From Epithemia pelagica (taxonomy: Eukaryota; Protista; Bacillariophyta): a stretch of DNA of 64,000 nucleotides. The position numbers and the translations under genes were made by a program. Position 1 is the stretch's first letter. Every line of letters starts with the position of its first letter. Location of the stretch: positions 2,728,001 through 2,792,000 of the forward strand of contig OX337237.1 in the NCBI GenBank assembly GCA_946965045.2, read 5' to 3'. The notes below the pieces were generated by a model, which had not been told where the DNA came from, made no database searches, and saw only the letters and a program-made list of their open reading frames with translations. Below are positions 35,630 to 46,258 of the stretch, one piece after another.

Positions 35630-35876
35630 CCGAACCCGGATGTTAGATATGTGATGTGAACGGAACATTGCGAATTTTTCTCCCATCATCTGTTGTTTCG
35701 TCGCTACCAAGAAATGTTCTGAAGTTCTTAGGAATGGTCGACACAACCAAAGCCCAGTTATGTGATTCCATCCACTGGTCTGAGAATCGTGGCATCACTT
35801 GAACAAGGATAGGAGGCGCATGGTGCATTTCTCTGTTTTTGGGCGCATGGTGGTGGTGTCATGGTATGGGTCTTGG
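35630..35876 (+). pseudogene. Decayed paralog of the threonine aldolase upstream/5' region; continues at 37465-37651 and 43833-43950
   Basis: Aligns with 45845-46075 (CCCGGATGTT.AGATATGTGATGTGAA, GGAATGGTCGACACAACCAAAGCCCA). Collinearity resumes after each TE insertion. Confidence 0.8.
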
Positions 35877-37464
35877 ACTACCTTTATCACTCGTCGTTCT
35901 ACCGTCGTCGTGCCCTTCCCCACTCACTGAGGAGTGGGTCACTCCCCACACTCACACTACCTAAGCCCCAAAAGTTACTGTACATGGATATTTCATTTTA
36001 GTGTAGTAATCTAGAATAGCCCGGGAAACGAAAAAGTAGGTGTTGGTTGTTGGTGCTGTGTTGTGTCTTGTGTTGTTGTATCAGTCGGAGTGGGAAATGG
36101 GGAACATTGACTATAAGTATTCTGTTGGAGTATTTAAAGAACAAGCACGCCTCGGAGTTTGATTGGCATGCGATAAATGTGGGACAAATGATACTTAGAC
36201 ATTGAGCGTTATAAGTCATCCGATATAGTTGTATGTAATCCCTTAAGTGACCAGGTTATTTACAAAGGATTAAAGATTACCTAGTGCGCCATCATGAGTA
36301 TGGCCAGCGTAAGTCTCTAAGACTAATTAGGCTCACGAGTACTAAGTATACATTAAGTGTACCGATCACTTAGGAAGACCGATAAATACCTAGAGCACGC
36401 TGGCATGACTCCTCGTGACAAAGGAAGCTAACATACTTTAATAGCCCCTGGGGACTCCTCGTCGCAGGGCGCTCCTCGTGGCTTAACTCCTCGTCGGGCA
36501 ATAGCTTCTCGTCGTGGACTGCCCCCTCGATCCGCTTACGCGGATCTCACAGGGGCAGTCCACTCCTCGTCGCTATTGCCCTTCTCGGAGTTAAGCCACT
36601 CCTCACACCCTAGCTCCTCCTCGTCCCACCCTGGCTATTAACGCCATACGTAAGGAACGCGTTTTAAGCCTAACGGATTAGCAAATAAACTACTCCCATA
36701 AAACTTTAGCGATATATGGTTTGTGTCCCATAAACTGCTCCCATCTTAACACGGTTTGAAAACTCCCAGTTTTAATTTCGAGTACAAATTTATTCATAGT
36801 GAGAATTTTTTGTCATTTTAGTCGCTTTTCTCGAACTTGAGCGGCCATCCGCGATGACCATGAGAGACAATGAGGGCGGACAATGAAAATGGCATGGATC
36901 ATCTTCCAATGATGCCAAACCAGGTCAGAATGGATGAAGGAAAGTCAATTGATCAAGACAGATGGTATGTGGAGGCGAAAGTTGACCAAGGAAAGGTTCA
37001 ATGTGTCGAAAAAGGGTCAATGCTGTGAAGCAGGCAAAAACATGGTCTGAGAGAGGGAATTGCCGAATGCTCAACAGAGGTGCTGTCAAATCACAAATAA
37101 AGACAAAGTCCTATAGTTCATATTATTTTACACCAGAATGGAAGGTCTTGACATTTGCTGTTGGAAATTGAGTGTGTGCGTACTGCTCAAAGTTGGGCCA
37201 TGGTCGATGGGATGAGAAAATCACAAAAATCATCCAAGTTTTGATACACGAAACGACTGTTATAATTTCAAAATCAGTGTAGACTATGATATATGAAAAT
37301 GTTCAAAATTCCACAAACTATTAGAATTACAAGTGAAAAAGACAATGACGTCTATATTCCAACTAGTAGATGTCTTCAAAGTTATGGGAGGAGTGTATAT
37401 ACTGCTCGAATTTATGGGATCAGTATATATACTGCTCCCTTACGTATGGCGTTAAAGTAGATTT
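35877..37464 (-). mobile_element. Non-autonomous copy of the YR element (~774 bp net), interrupted by a MITE
   Basis: The reverse complement has the same left end (AAATCTACTTTAA|TAGCC), the same hairpin (36434-36641) and the same right end (...GACGAGTGATAAAGGTAGT). Confidence 0.88.
36642..37451. mobile_element. 810-bp MITE with 14-bp TIRs and a TTAA duplication
   Basis: Perfect TIR CGCCATACGTAAGG at both ends, flanked by TTAA (36638-36641, 37452-37455). Removing it restores GGCTATTAAAGTAG, as in copies A and B. Subterminal TCCCATAAA repeats. Confidence 0.9.
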
Positions 37465-37948
37465 ACAACGTCCGGCTTCATGTTATAAAAGCATCTTGCA
37501 TCTCTACTCGACCGTGGAGATTTAGAGGTGTCATTGCATGTTCTGGACTGTCCATACCACAGCCGTAGCTGTGCTTCCTTGTTCATCAACACATATTGGA
37601 AAGCAGCGCTGGGGGAGAATGTTTTGACAGCCCGACTGTCGAGGACCAACGATAACAAATTACGCGTGTGATACCAAGTGAAAAACTAAAATAGTGAGCA
37701 TTAAGCTATGCGTCCCTCATGGGTTAGCTACTCGCCCAAAACTCGCTTAATATCAGTCGCCTTTCTTGGTCCCCTCACAATTGCTATGTCGGACCATCAC
37801 GATATAGTCACATTTTGCCAAATTCAGAATATCACATCAACATATATCTTCTTCCATCTCCTCCATACCTGCTTCTGAGCGCCCCTGTGTGGCGTGCAGG
37901 ACGTACCCAGTCCCCTTGGTCGGGCGGGAAACGTACTCCGGGGTTGAA

Positions 37949-40900
37949 TTAGAACAGAATCATTTGTGCCAACCTTGTTCGTTCCGGACCAGTCTGAATC
38001 TTAGTAAGCAAGTCCGCTAGATTCGTCTTGGAAGGCTCAAACGCAATCTTGCATGTCCCATTGGCAACGTTCTCACGTACAAAGTGATACGCAACTGAAT
38101 TGGACTTCTTGCGCAATGTCGACTCTGGTAAGGAACTGTTGTAGACGACCGACATGTTGTCTACTCTCACGTGTGCATGTCCGTCCAAAGGAATGTCCAT
38201 CATTCTCAATTTGTACCGTAATCCTTTCAGCATCTCCACACCAACCTTGAGAGCCATAAATTCAGAACCAAAAGTCTAAGTTTCGACACTGGTTTGCTTC
38301 TTGCTGTACCATGAGATCGGTGCTCTATTCAAATAGATAAGCACTCCTGTTCTGGATCGTCGTGTCAAGAGATCACCTGCATGGTCAGAGTCGACAAAGA
38401 CCGTCATCTGGACAGCCTTGCCTAAAGGTTCGGGTGCATCTGGAGGTACTTCTTCCGTGGCTCCAGGATAGAAGCCTGACCAGTCGCTTGTCGGTTCATC
38501 TCCAAGTTCAATATACGACAGGTCCATGATCAATCGTGAACGCTCATGTAGCTTGAGGTATGCAAAGAGGTGCAGCATTGCCTCCACATGACCTTCTCTG
38601 GGGCCGGCTAAAAATCCAGCCAACATTGAAACCTCTGCAGCGATGTCAATGCGTCCCAATTCAACTAGCCAACGGAGTACGCCCATCTGCTGCTGGTAGA
38701 ATGACATTAATTCAGGATCACAATATGGGGTTGTGTCCAACTCAGGACGATAGCCACTGGGCAAGACACTTGGAGCTCGCGTTTTCAGTTTACGATCTCG
38801 GTCTTCCAGCCATGATACAACATTTGTTATGGCAGCCTTTGCATATTTCTCTGAACTCAACGCCCAACATCGCTGTGAAGCGTCGTTATTGATATCAAAT
38901 GTTTGTACCTGGGATCCCAAATAATACTTCGGAACGCCAATCGAATCCGGTTTCAGTAAGTAATGGTGATCCAGCATTGTGAGCGACTCCTTTGGTTTGT
39001 GAGAGATGATCAATATATCGTCTGTATAGACGAATAGCATTTCATAATAACGCTCTCCATTGCCTTTTGTCGCTTTCCTCAAATAGCAGTCAGGATCAGC
39101 ACGGCATGGGAAATAGCCCAAGTCTTCTTGTAGGGTCGTGGACAGGAGATCACGCCACGCGTAGGCGCTAGTCTTTAGGCCGTAGAGTGCCTTTGTTATA
39201 ATCGCAATCCGACCTTGGTACTCGGTGCCGAATTCTAAACCACACCTTGTGCAGACCTTTTCAAGGCATGGAGCATTAAGATATGCACCAGCAATATCAG
39301 CCGCTTGAATCTCCAATCCATTTAGAGCCGCTAGCATAAATCCAATACGCACACTTTCACGACTGACGACGCTTGCGTATGTAGGCGCCTCAGGCTCTTC
39401 AGTTTTGTGTCCTCCGGCCACATATCTGGCCTTTCGGGTGAAATCCATCTTGACATCAAAGACGATGTGACAAGGGATTAGCTGATACCCCACTGGTTCA
39501 TTTACGCCGTCGTCCAAGATATTGACAGCAGGAAAAATCTTCGACATCTCCAGTTTCAAAGCTTTTCGCCAATAGTCCGTGCCATATCTTGTCATCTTGG
39601 CGGCTTTGATCAGCCTCGTTCTCCTTCGGAGGGTGAATGGTACCCACCATGCGAATGCTGGTTGTTTCTCGATCTTGTTCGCAACCGCATACTCAGCGAC
39701 TTCAATTGGATACGACTCCTTGAGATCCTTCAAGGCTTCCCAACTTGAAGAGCCATCTTTCCATTGCACGCATAAGGACCATCCTCTAGTGGTCTTCTTC
39801 TTATGCTTGCGACCATTCAATTCGAATTCTCCCTCTGAGAGAGGAACAGCCGTTTTATCAGACTTGTGATCTGTGATCTCTTCAACCATTCGATATAGAT
39901 TGCCCTCATCATCGAGCTGTTCGTAAATATTTTCAGCTATAATGTTGGCAGCATAGGATTGCACATGGCCATCATCGAATTCGACTTCGTAAAGTGTTGT
40001 GTCCAAGTATGGATTGGACGATGCGTGTCCGAGGACTCGACCTTCCGCGTCTCGTTTCCGTCTCCGAACAGTCCCCTTTCGTTGATCATCACCTAGGGGC
40101 AACATGACTTTTGCAGAGATGAGTTTATCGTATGCATCTGGTGCATAATCATCTGCTTCCGGCATGCGTACGTCCGGCTGTTCGTCGTCTTCATAGGCTT
40201 CGAACGTGGGTGTATCCGCATCATGGTCATCATCTGCATCGATCAGAATACCCGCCATTCTGTCACCAAGGGCCGCTTGTAAATTTTCCATATATGTGGT
40301 TTGTTGTGCTTTGTGAGCATCATCCATTTGTAGATCTCTGTTGATTGGCCAGACAGAAGTGCGGTGTACGATCTTGCCCTTTTCGGTCAGGACTTTTGCG
40401 CACATTGCCTGGCCCACAGTATGACTTGGACCCAACCAGCGTCCGAGTTTACGTCCCTCAAAACCAGGGTTACTATACCACACAAAATCGAACCATCGAT
40501 GCTCCACCAAATGGGAAATGTCTGGAGTATCTCCAGTGAGTTGCTGAATGGGCGGACCGTTGACATTACTTCCAAAGCTCGTATGGGAGCGTCGCTCCGC
40601 CATCAGCATGAGACAGTGGTCCCAGAGTACTGCTGGCGCATTGCTGCGTCTCATTTCTCTGCGGTAGAGGCGCTTTAATTCTCTAATATTGGCCTCAGCC
40701 AGGTTTTGGTTGGGCGTCCATGCTTCCACTGGTTTTATCCGGCACCCGTACTTGTGGGCTACCTTCCGAAATTCTTGCGAGGTTAGTTCTGGTGCATTGT
40801 CTGGAATAATATGGTTGAAGATGCCATAGCTGTCAAAGACAGCTGGCAACGTTGTCGGTGCTTCACTTTTCTTTCTCATAGGGATAAAATGCACCCAACC

Positions 40901-41851
40901 AAAGTCCGTAGCGAATATTTGCCCGCATGTATTTTGATAAAGAGACTTGGTCTCTGAGAACAGAGTGTCAGTGTACACATCTGCTCGTAATCGACGATGT
41001 CGCAATTGGTATGCGGTATGTTTCAAACGTCGACTGCCGCCTCGATCGGTGAATTCACGGACACCAAGTTGTGTCGTCTGATTGAACGTCCGTTCTGCAC
41101 TGGGGAGTCCAATATTCCATCGTTGTGCCAATTCATTCGGACGTACTGTCCCCTTTCGCCTATGTCCAATGTCTGAGACGTGGACATGGATGGCGCGATT
41201 GTTGACTCGGAGAGTCTTGGTCATTGCGAGATTGATCGTCCGCTCACGTGTTGCATTTACTACGTTCGATTGTATCGATTCCCTGAGTGTTCTTTCATCA
41301 ACATCTGGTGTTGAGTCATTCGGTTGCCACTCGGGTCGTTCATTCGTCATATCAATACGACAGGAAGGATCGATTGAATCAATCTCCTCCTTCGTGGGCT
41401 TGCGTGTGCGAAATTGGCTTAAGACACCGATTAGGTCGAGAGGGATTCGCAATTCTTCCATTTCTGTATCCCTTGCAATGATGCTGTGGGATCTTTCATT
41501 TCGGTCCCCTGGTTTCAAGTACTTCAAGGGGATATCATTAACTTCAATCCCGGCCTCCCGCATTTGATTCGGATTAAGAAGGCACTTGTCTTTTAATTGC
41601 GGCAAGTGTAGCGCTTGGTGGAAATAAAGGAGGAACGTTTGGCCAGTCTCTGGATCATCATATGCCAAAACACCAGTGATGACGCTGGCCTCTTTAATCT
41701 TACCCAGACTCTCAACAAAACCACTGACATCAGCCGTATCAGTCTGATACAGCACGTAACAGTTGCCCAGACAGCAAGTGTCGGCATGACTGTCGAGCTC
41801 ACACCGGATTAAGGGAACCGAAATCTCACGAGAAGTTGTTGCAGACATCAC
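37949..41851 (-). pseudogene. Copia pol (protease, integrase, chromo-like segment, RT, RNase H) with a premature stop
   Basis: Motifs ELDSHADTCC, YTDTLF / PDNAPEL / NQNLAE, DVKMDFTRKARYVAGGH, DIAGAYLNA, VYTDD and DSDHAGD. An in-frame TAG at 38276-38278 interrupts SVET*TFGSEF. Confidence 0.9.
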
Positions 41852-41857
41852 ATTGTG

Positions 41858-43273
41858 TCAAACACTTCTCTTCTTACGTTGGCTCATGATAGCGCCGACA
41901 CCCTTTGTGTCGTTATCATGACCATCAGACGATTGATCCGAAATGTCGGGTGTTTTGTCTCCATTGGTACGCGGTTTCTTGTTGGATTTGCTTGAGATTG
42001 CTCCAACTCCACGCCTCTTGTCACGCTTCTCTCTTGCGTCTCGTACCCTTTGACGCTCTTCTCCGCTTAACTTAGCCCATTCATTGGGTTTATAATAGCG
42101 ATCAGTGACTTCTCTCTCTTTCTTCGTTTCATTCTTCTTTCCACTTCCTTTATTCTGTTTAGAAGTCGATACTCCAGAGATTCTTGCTTGTTTCCTACTT
42201 GCTGCGCTGTAGGATACCTTGCTGTCTAATACTTCTGCAAGGAAATTAGATGCGTTCTCGAAGGTTGAACGTAAGAATGGCGTCGCCAAGATTTGGTTCT
42301 TAGCGCTTTCAAGCCGAGAATCTGAGGTACCAGTCATCAAGATTCTAACCTTTCTTTCCTCACTGACGTTTTCGCCTGTGGATTCGAGATCCGTAAAGGC
42401 ACGTTGCAATGTTTCGATATATCGTTCATATGTGAAGTTGCGCTTGGAACCGTCAAAGTAGGTGCTTTCCAAGATCTGATCGGCTTTGGCTCGGAGACGA
42501 GACTGAAAGACGTCACCTAGGTAGTGCGTCTTAAGGGCCAAGTATGCAGCACGTCCATTGCGGGTGCGGGCGAAGGACATCACCCATCCCCAGCCAGGAC
42601 CGTCATGAGTGATATGTCGGATTACTTCCCATACGGCAACCATGTCAGTGGTTGCTGTAGGGCCTTGATGCGATGCGCGCCGAATCATTTCAGCTAAAAT
42701 AGTTGGGGTGCCAAACCCATTTGGATCTGTCGTTTCCGGTTGGACGTCGGGATTTTCTCTCACATAGGCAGCAAGGGGAATTCCAGTTGCTCCACGCTTG
42801 CGCTCCAAATAGTTATCCAAATCTTCAAGAACAACTCGAATATTATCAACGCTGCTGAGTTTCGCAGGTAGTTCAACTTCGTTATCATACTCGTCTTCAG
42901 CTTCTTTGAACCGATACAACAGGGTCAAGTCATTCATCCTAGGTGGAACTGCAGCGAAGGTGCGATTGATTTTCCCAATGTGAACGATGTAGTAACGGAG
43001 CATCTTGAGTTTCTTTTCAACCAGGTGCCCGATGAGGACTCCTGGATTAGCTATCATTGCTGGTACTCCAGCCGGATCAGGGTTGGGGATGAGGCCACCA
43101 GGTTTACGAGCGTTGGTACAAATTTCGGCGACGTCTGCCTCGCTGAGGGCTTCAAAGTCATAGACGGAGGTTAGGCCTTGACCATTGAGAGCAGTACGAA
43201 CTGCTGGATCGTTAATCTGCAGGACGACATCCAGATACACGTTCAGTAGTTGCATAGGATTCGGTGCTGCCAT
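41858..43273 (-). CDS. Copia gag
   Basis: 471-aa ORF downstream of the 5' LTR, with NGRAAYLALKTHYLG, YFDGSKRNFTYERY and RYYKPNEWAKLS as in diatom Copia Gag; in frame with pol. Confidence 0.85.
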   Translation of the reverse strand: MAAPNPMQLLNVYLDVVLQINDPAVRTALNGQGLTSVYDFEALSEADVAEICTNARKPGGLIPNPDPAGVPAMIANPGVLIGHLVEKKLKMLRYYIVHIGKINRTFAAVPPRMNDLTLLYRFKEAEDEYDNEVELPAKLSSVDNIRVVLEDLDNYLERKRGATGIPLAAYVRENPDVQPETTDPNGFGTPTILAEMIRRASHQGPTATTDMVAVWEVIRHITHDGPGWGWVMSFARTRNGRAAYLALKTHYLGDVFQSRLRAKADQILESTYFDGSKRNFTYERYIETLQRAFTDLESTGENVSEERKVRILMTGTSDSRLESAKNQILATPFLRSTFENASNFLAEVLDSKVSYSAASRKQARISGVSTSKQNKGSGKKNETKKEREVTDRYYKPNEWAKLSGEERQRVRDAREKRDKRRGVGAISSKSNKKPRTNGDKTPDISDQSSDGHDNDTKGVGAIMSQRKKRSV

Positions 43274-46258
43274 GGTTGCGATAGTTCTTCTTTTTCGGAC
43301 TTGTTCGGACTTTCCAGCGAAGTGAGCTTCATTAGTTTTGGGGGAATTTCCACGTCATGGTCTGAATTCTACTTGCGAGCGAGCGGTAGAATCGGAGTTG
43401 GAGTGCTTGCATAAGGTGCTAGGACGGCGCACGCCATTTAAGTAATGAACATGTCCGTATAGCGGCATCCTTCAACGGCAGGATGTGCGGCGCGTCCGCC
43501 ATTGCCCAGTGTGTGCGCATACGCTGACCACACACCACAATCATCCATCTCGAGCCCCGTTGCAGGCGAGATATTAGTGAGATGAAAGGGAGTACAGGTA
43601 TCCAACCTAGGGCAGTCATTCTTCCAAGCGAATGATCTAGATATTTCGCGACCTTCCCAGGCCATGGTAGTGTAACATCTCCTTCATCGGTTGATGCATT
43701 TGGGTCTGATAAACCAAATTACGCGTGTGATACCAAGTGAAAAACTAAAATAGTGAGCATTAAGCTATGCGTCCCTCATGGGTTAGCTACTCGCCCAAAA
43801 CTCGCTTAATATCAGTCGCCTTTCTTGATAACGATGGGTAGGAGCACCACCAACAACCACCCAAGAACCTAAAGAAGCTTTCCCTTGTCACGGCCGCTGG
43901 TGGTGCCATAAACGCTCTTTCCTCGTCGTCCTTCGGTTGGTTCTCACCCACGGAATTGAAACAATACTTGTTGCTACGAGGGAGTTTTACGGCAACAACG
44001 ACGCAAAGCAACACCATTTATTAGAAATGTCTGAATGTACAGGGTATACGGATGCCACGAAAAATTCGGTGTTGTATCAGTTGGTTATGGATGTTGTTGC
44101 AGTTTTTCAAATGCTGAGCGGATCTAGGGCGTTGTCAGAACTCAATCTGAAAGACGATCGAACGACATGGAAGACGATGCCTTGAAACCGTGTTTCACGT
44201 GTGTCCTCTCTGGGAAGCTCGTGACTGGGCAAGATCAATTTGCTTTGAGAAAACTTTCTCCGCCGAAGGCACCCAACTCGATGTATCAGGGGACCCAAGA
44301 AATGCGACTGGTGTGGTTCAACAAGGAGAAAACGAAATTTATGTTATGCGCCTCCTGCCTCCTGCCAGCCCCACCAAAAACATGAATAAAGTGAAGTGAA
44401 CATCAAACCTCAACACTTGATTAGAACGACCATTCGGAAATGCAACATGGAACTGAATACTCGTATTCGTAGGGTCTGGTTTCTGGTTTACGCGTTCCGC
44501 TCTCCTTTCTGAAAATCTCTTGACAAAAGACAAGAGTCAAATTCCCTCTTCTTTGGGGGATCTTCGGGTCGTTGCGTTGTTCGAATTCGCAATCTCTCGA
44601 CTACTTTGCCTTTGACTTCTTGGATTCCCTTACTCCTCGACCCTCGACATGGTAAACCTTGGGTTTCTGGTTGACATCTTGTCGTCCGTTGTGGTTAACC
44701 CAGGAACTCGCCATAGCCGAGCCGAACCGCTTGTTGATCTTCGGTGAAACTTACCAATCAAACGGTCCCGTGTCCCTTGCCCCCTCCATTCTCGGTAACG
44801 AATTGATCTTCAACTATACAATTGCTGATGAGCCATGCATAGCGCATACAGATTTTGTATTCATTGGGCATGAGCAAAACTCAAAGCAAACAGGGGTAGG
44901 GGATGTGAATTACTTCAAGCAAGATTCCCAGAGGCCAATCGCATTCTCATCACGGCAGCCAAGCCATGAACCGCCATGTATGCATACAGGCTTATGCTCT
45001 TCTTGACAAGGGTTGTCTTGATTTGTGGGGAATCATTGCATAAATCCAAAAACAAGGATTCTTTTTCGTATTCTCTTGAATTGATCTCTAATCTCGACGC
45101 AGAAGATGGTTCGTTTTGTTTGGTTCCCCCTCATGATGGTCCTTTGGCTTGGTGACGGCTTGGACCCTGACATGGTCCCGGACTCTCTGCGAGTTGCGTC
45201 TGCGAAAAAAGATTGGTCCGTGGGTCGGAACGCTGATAAAGTGGACCAAGAACTCGAGGAAGACAAAGTACTTTCCGCTCAGGCGACAAGCCAAGCCCTT
45301 CGTGGATCAGAACCGCTTGTGCATGAACCAAGCAGCAGTGACACAAAAGTCTGGAAGCGTCCAAAGATTGTTGTGGCAGCGGGAGTTGTCAGGAAGACCA
45401 ACTCTATCAGGAATGTCGGACACAGGGAATTGCCGGGCAAGCCGAAGGCGGCCAAGAAGGCGGCCAAGAAGGCGGCAGCGGCGAAAGCAGCTGGTACCAT
45501 GGCAGTCAAAAAAGCAGAACCAGTCATGAAGGCTGCTCCTGCTCCGTGAGAATTCAGGCAGTTCAGATAGTTACGACTTTTTATCCAATGATATGATGAC
45601 TGACTAAAGCGGAGAGGTATAATCTTCTGCCCTGGACGGCGAAAAAAAGACCAGAAGAAAGAAAGATAGTGTCCTGACAATCGTCATGCTTTGTTTCGAG
45701 CATTTCATGGTAGTTCCATTGCATAGCACCATTTCAACGATCCACCTTTCGTTTTTGAATACTGAACCTCTAGCACATACATCCGGCGATTCTCTACCTA
45801 CAATTAGATAGGTCATAAGATGCGGAGAGGGAATGAGCACAGAACCCGGACCCGGATGTTCAGATATGTGATGTGAATGTGAACGGAGTTTATTCTCGTC
45901 GCTGCCAAAAGTTCATGTTGGAAGTTTTGGAATGGTCGACACAACCAAAGCCCATTTATGTTATTCCATCCACTGGTCTGAGAATAGCGGCATCAAGAGA
46001 ACAAGGGTAGTAGGCGCATGGTGCATCTCCCTGTCTATCGCCTCATGGTGGTGGCGTCATGGTATGGTTGTTGGACAACGTCCGGCTTCCCGCTCTACAA
46101 GCATCTATGATAGACCTCGAAGCTTTCGACGTGTCATTGCATGTTTGTTCTGGACTTCCCATGCCACAGCGCTAGCTGTGTTTCCTTGTTCATCAACAAT
46201 TACGGGAAAGCAGCGCTGGGGGAGATTGTTTCGACAACCCGACTGCCGAGGACAAGCG

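Larger units (their letters stand above)
37657..43827 (-). mobile_element. Ty1/Copia (CoDi I-like) element with identical 112-bp LTRs and a defective pol
   Basis: LTRs 37657-37768 and 43716-43827 are identical by inspection. ATAAC TSD (37652-37656, 43828-43832). Purine tract GAGGGGAC precedes the 3' LTR. Confidence 0.93.

Noticed and set aside
45106-45549. Histone H1-like protein (KAAKKAAKKAAAAK)
   Set aside because: Only a short Lys/Ala run with no globular winged-helix domain.
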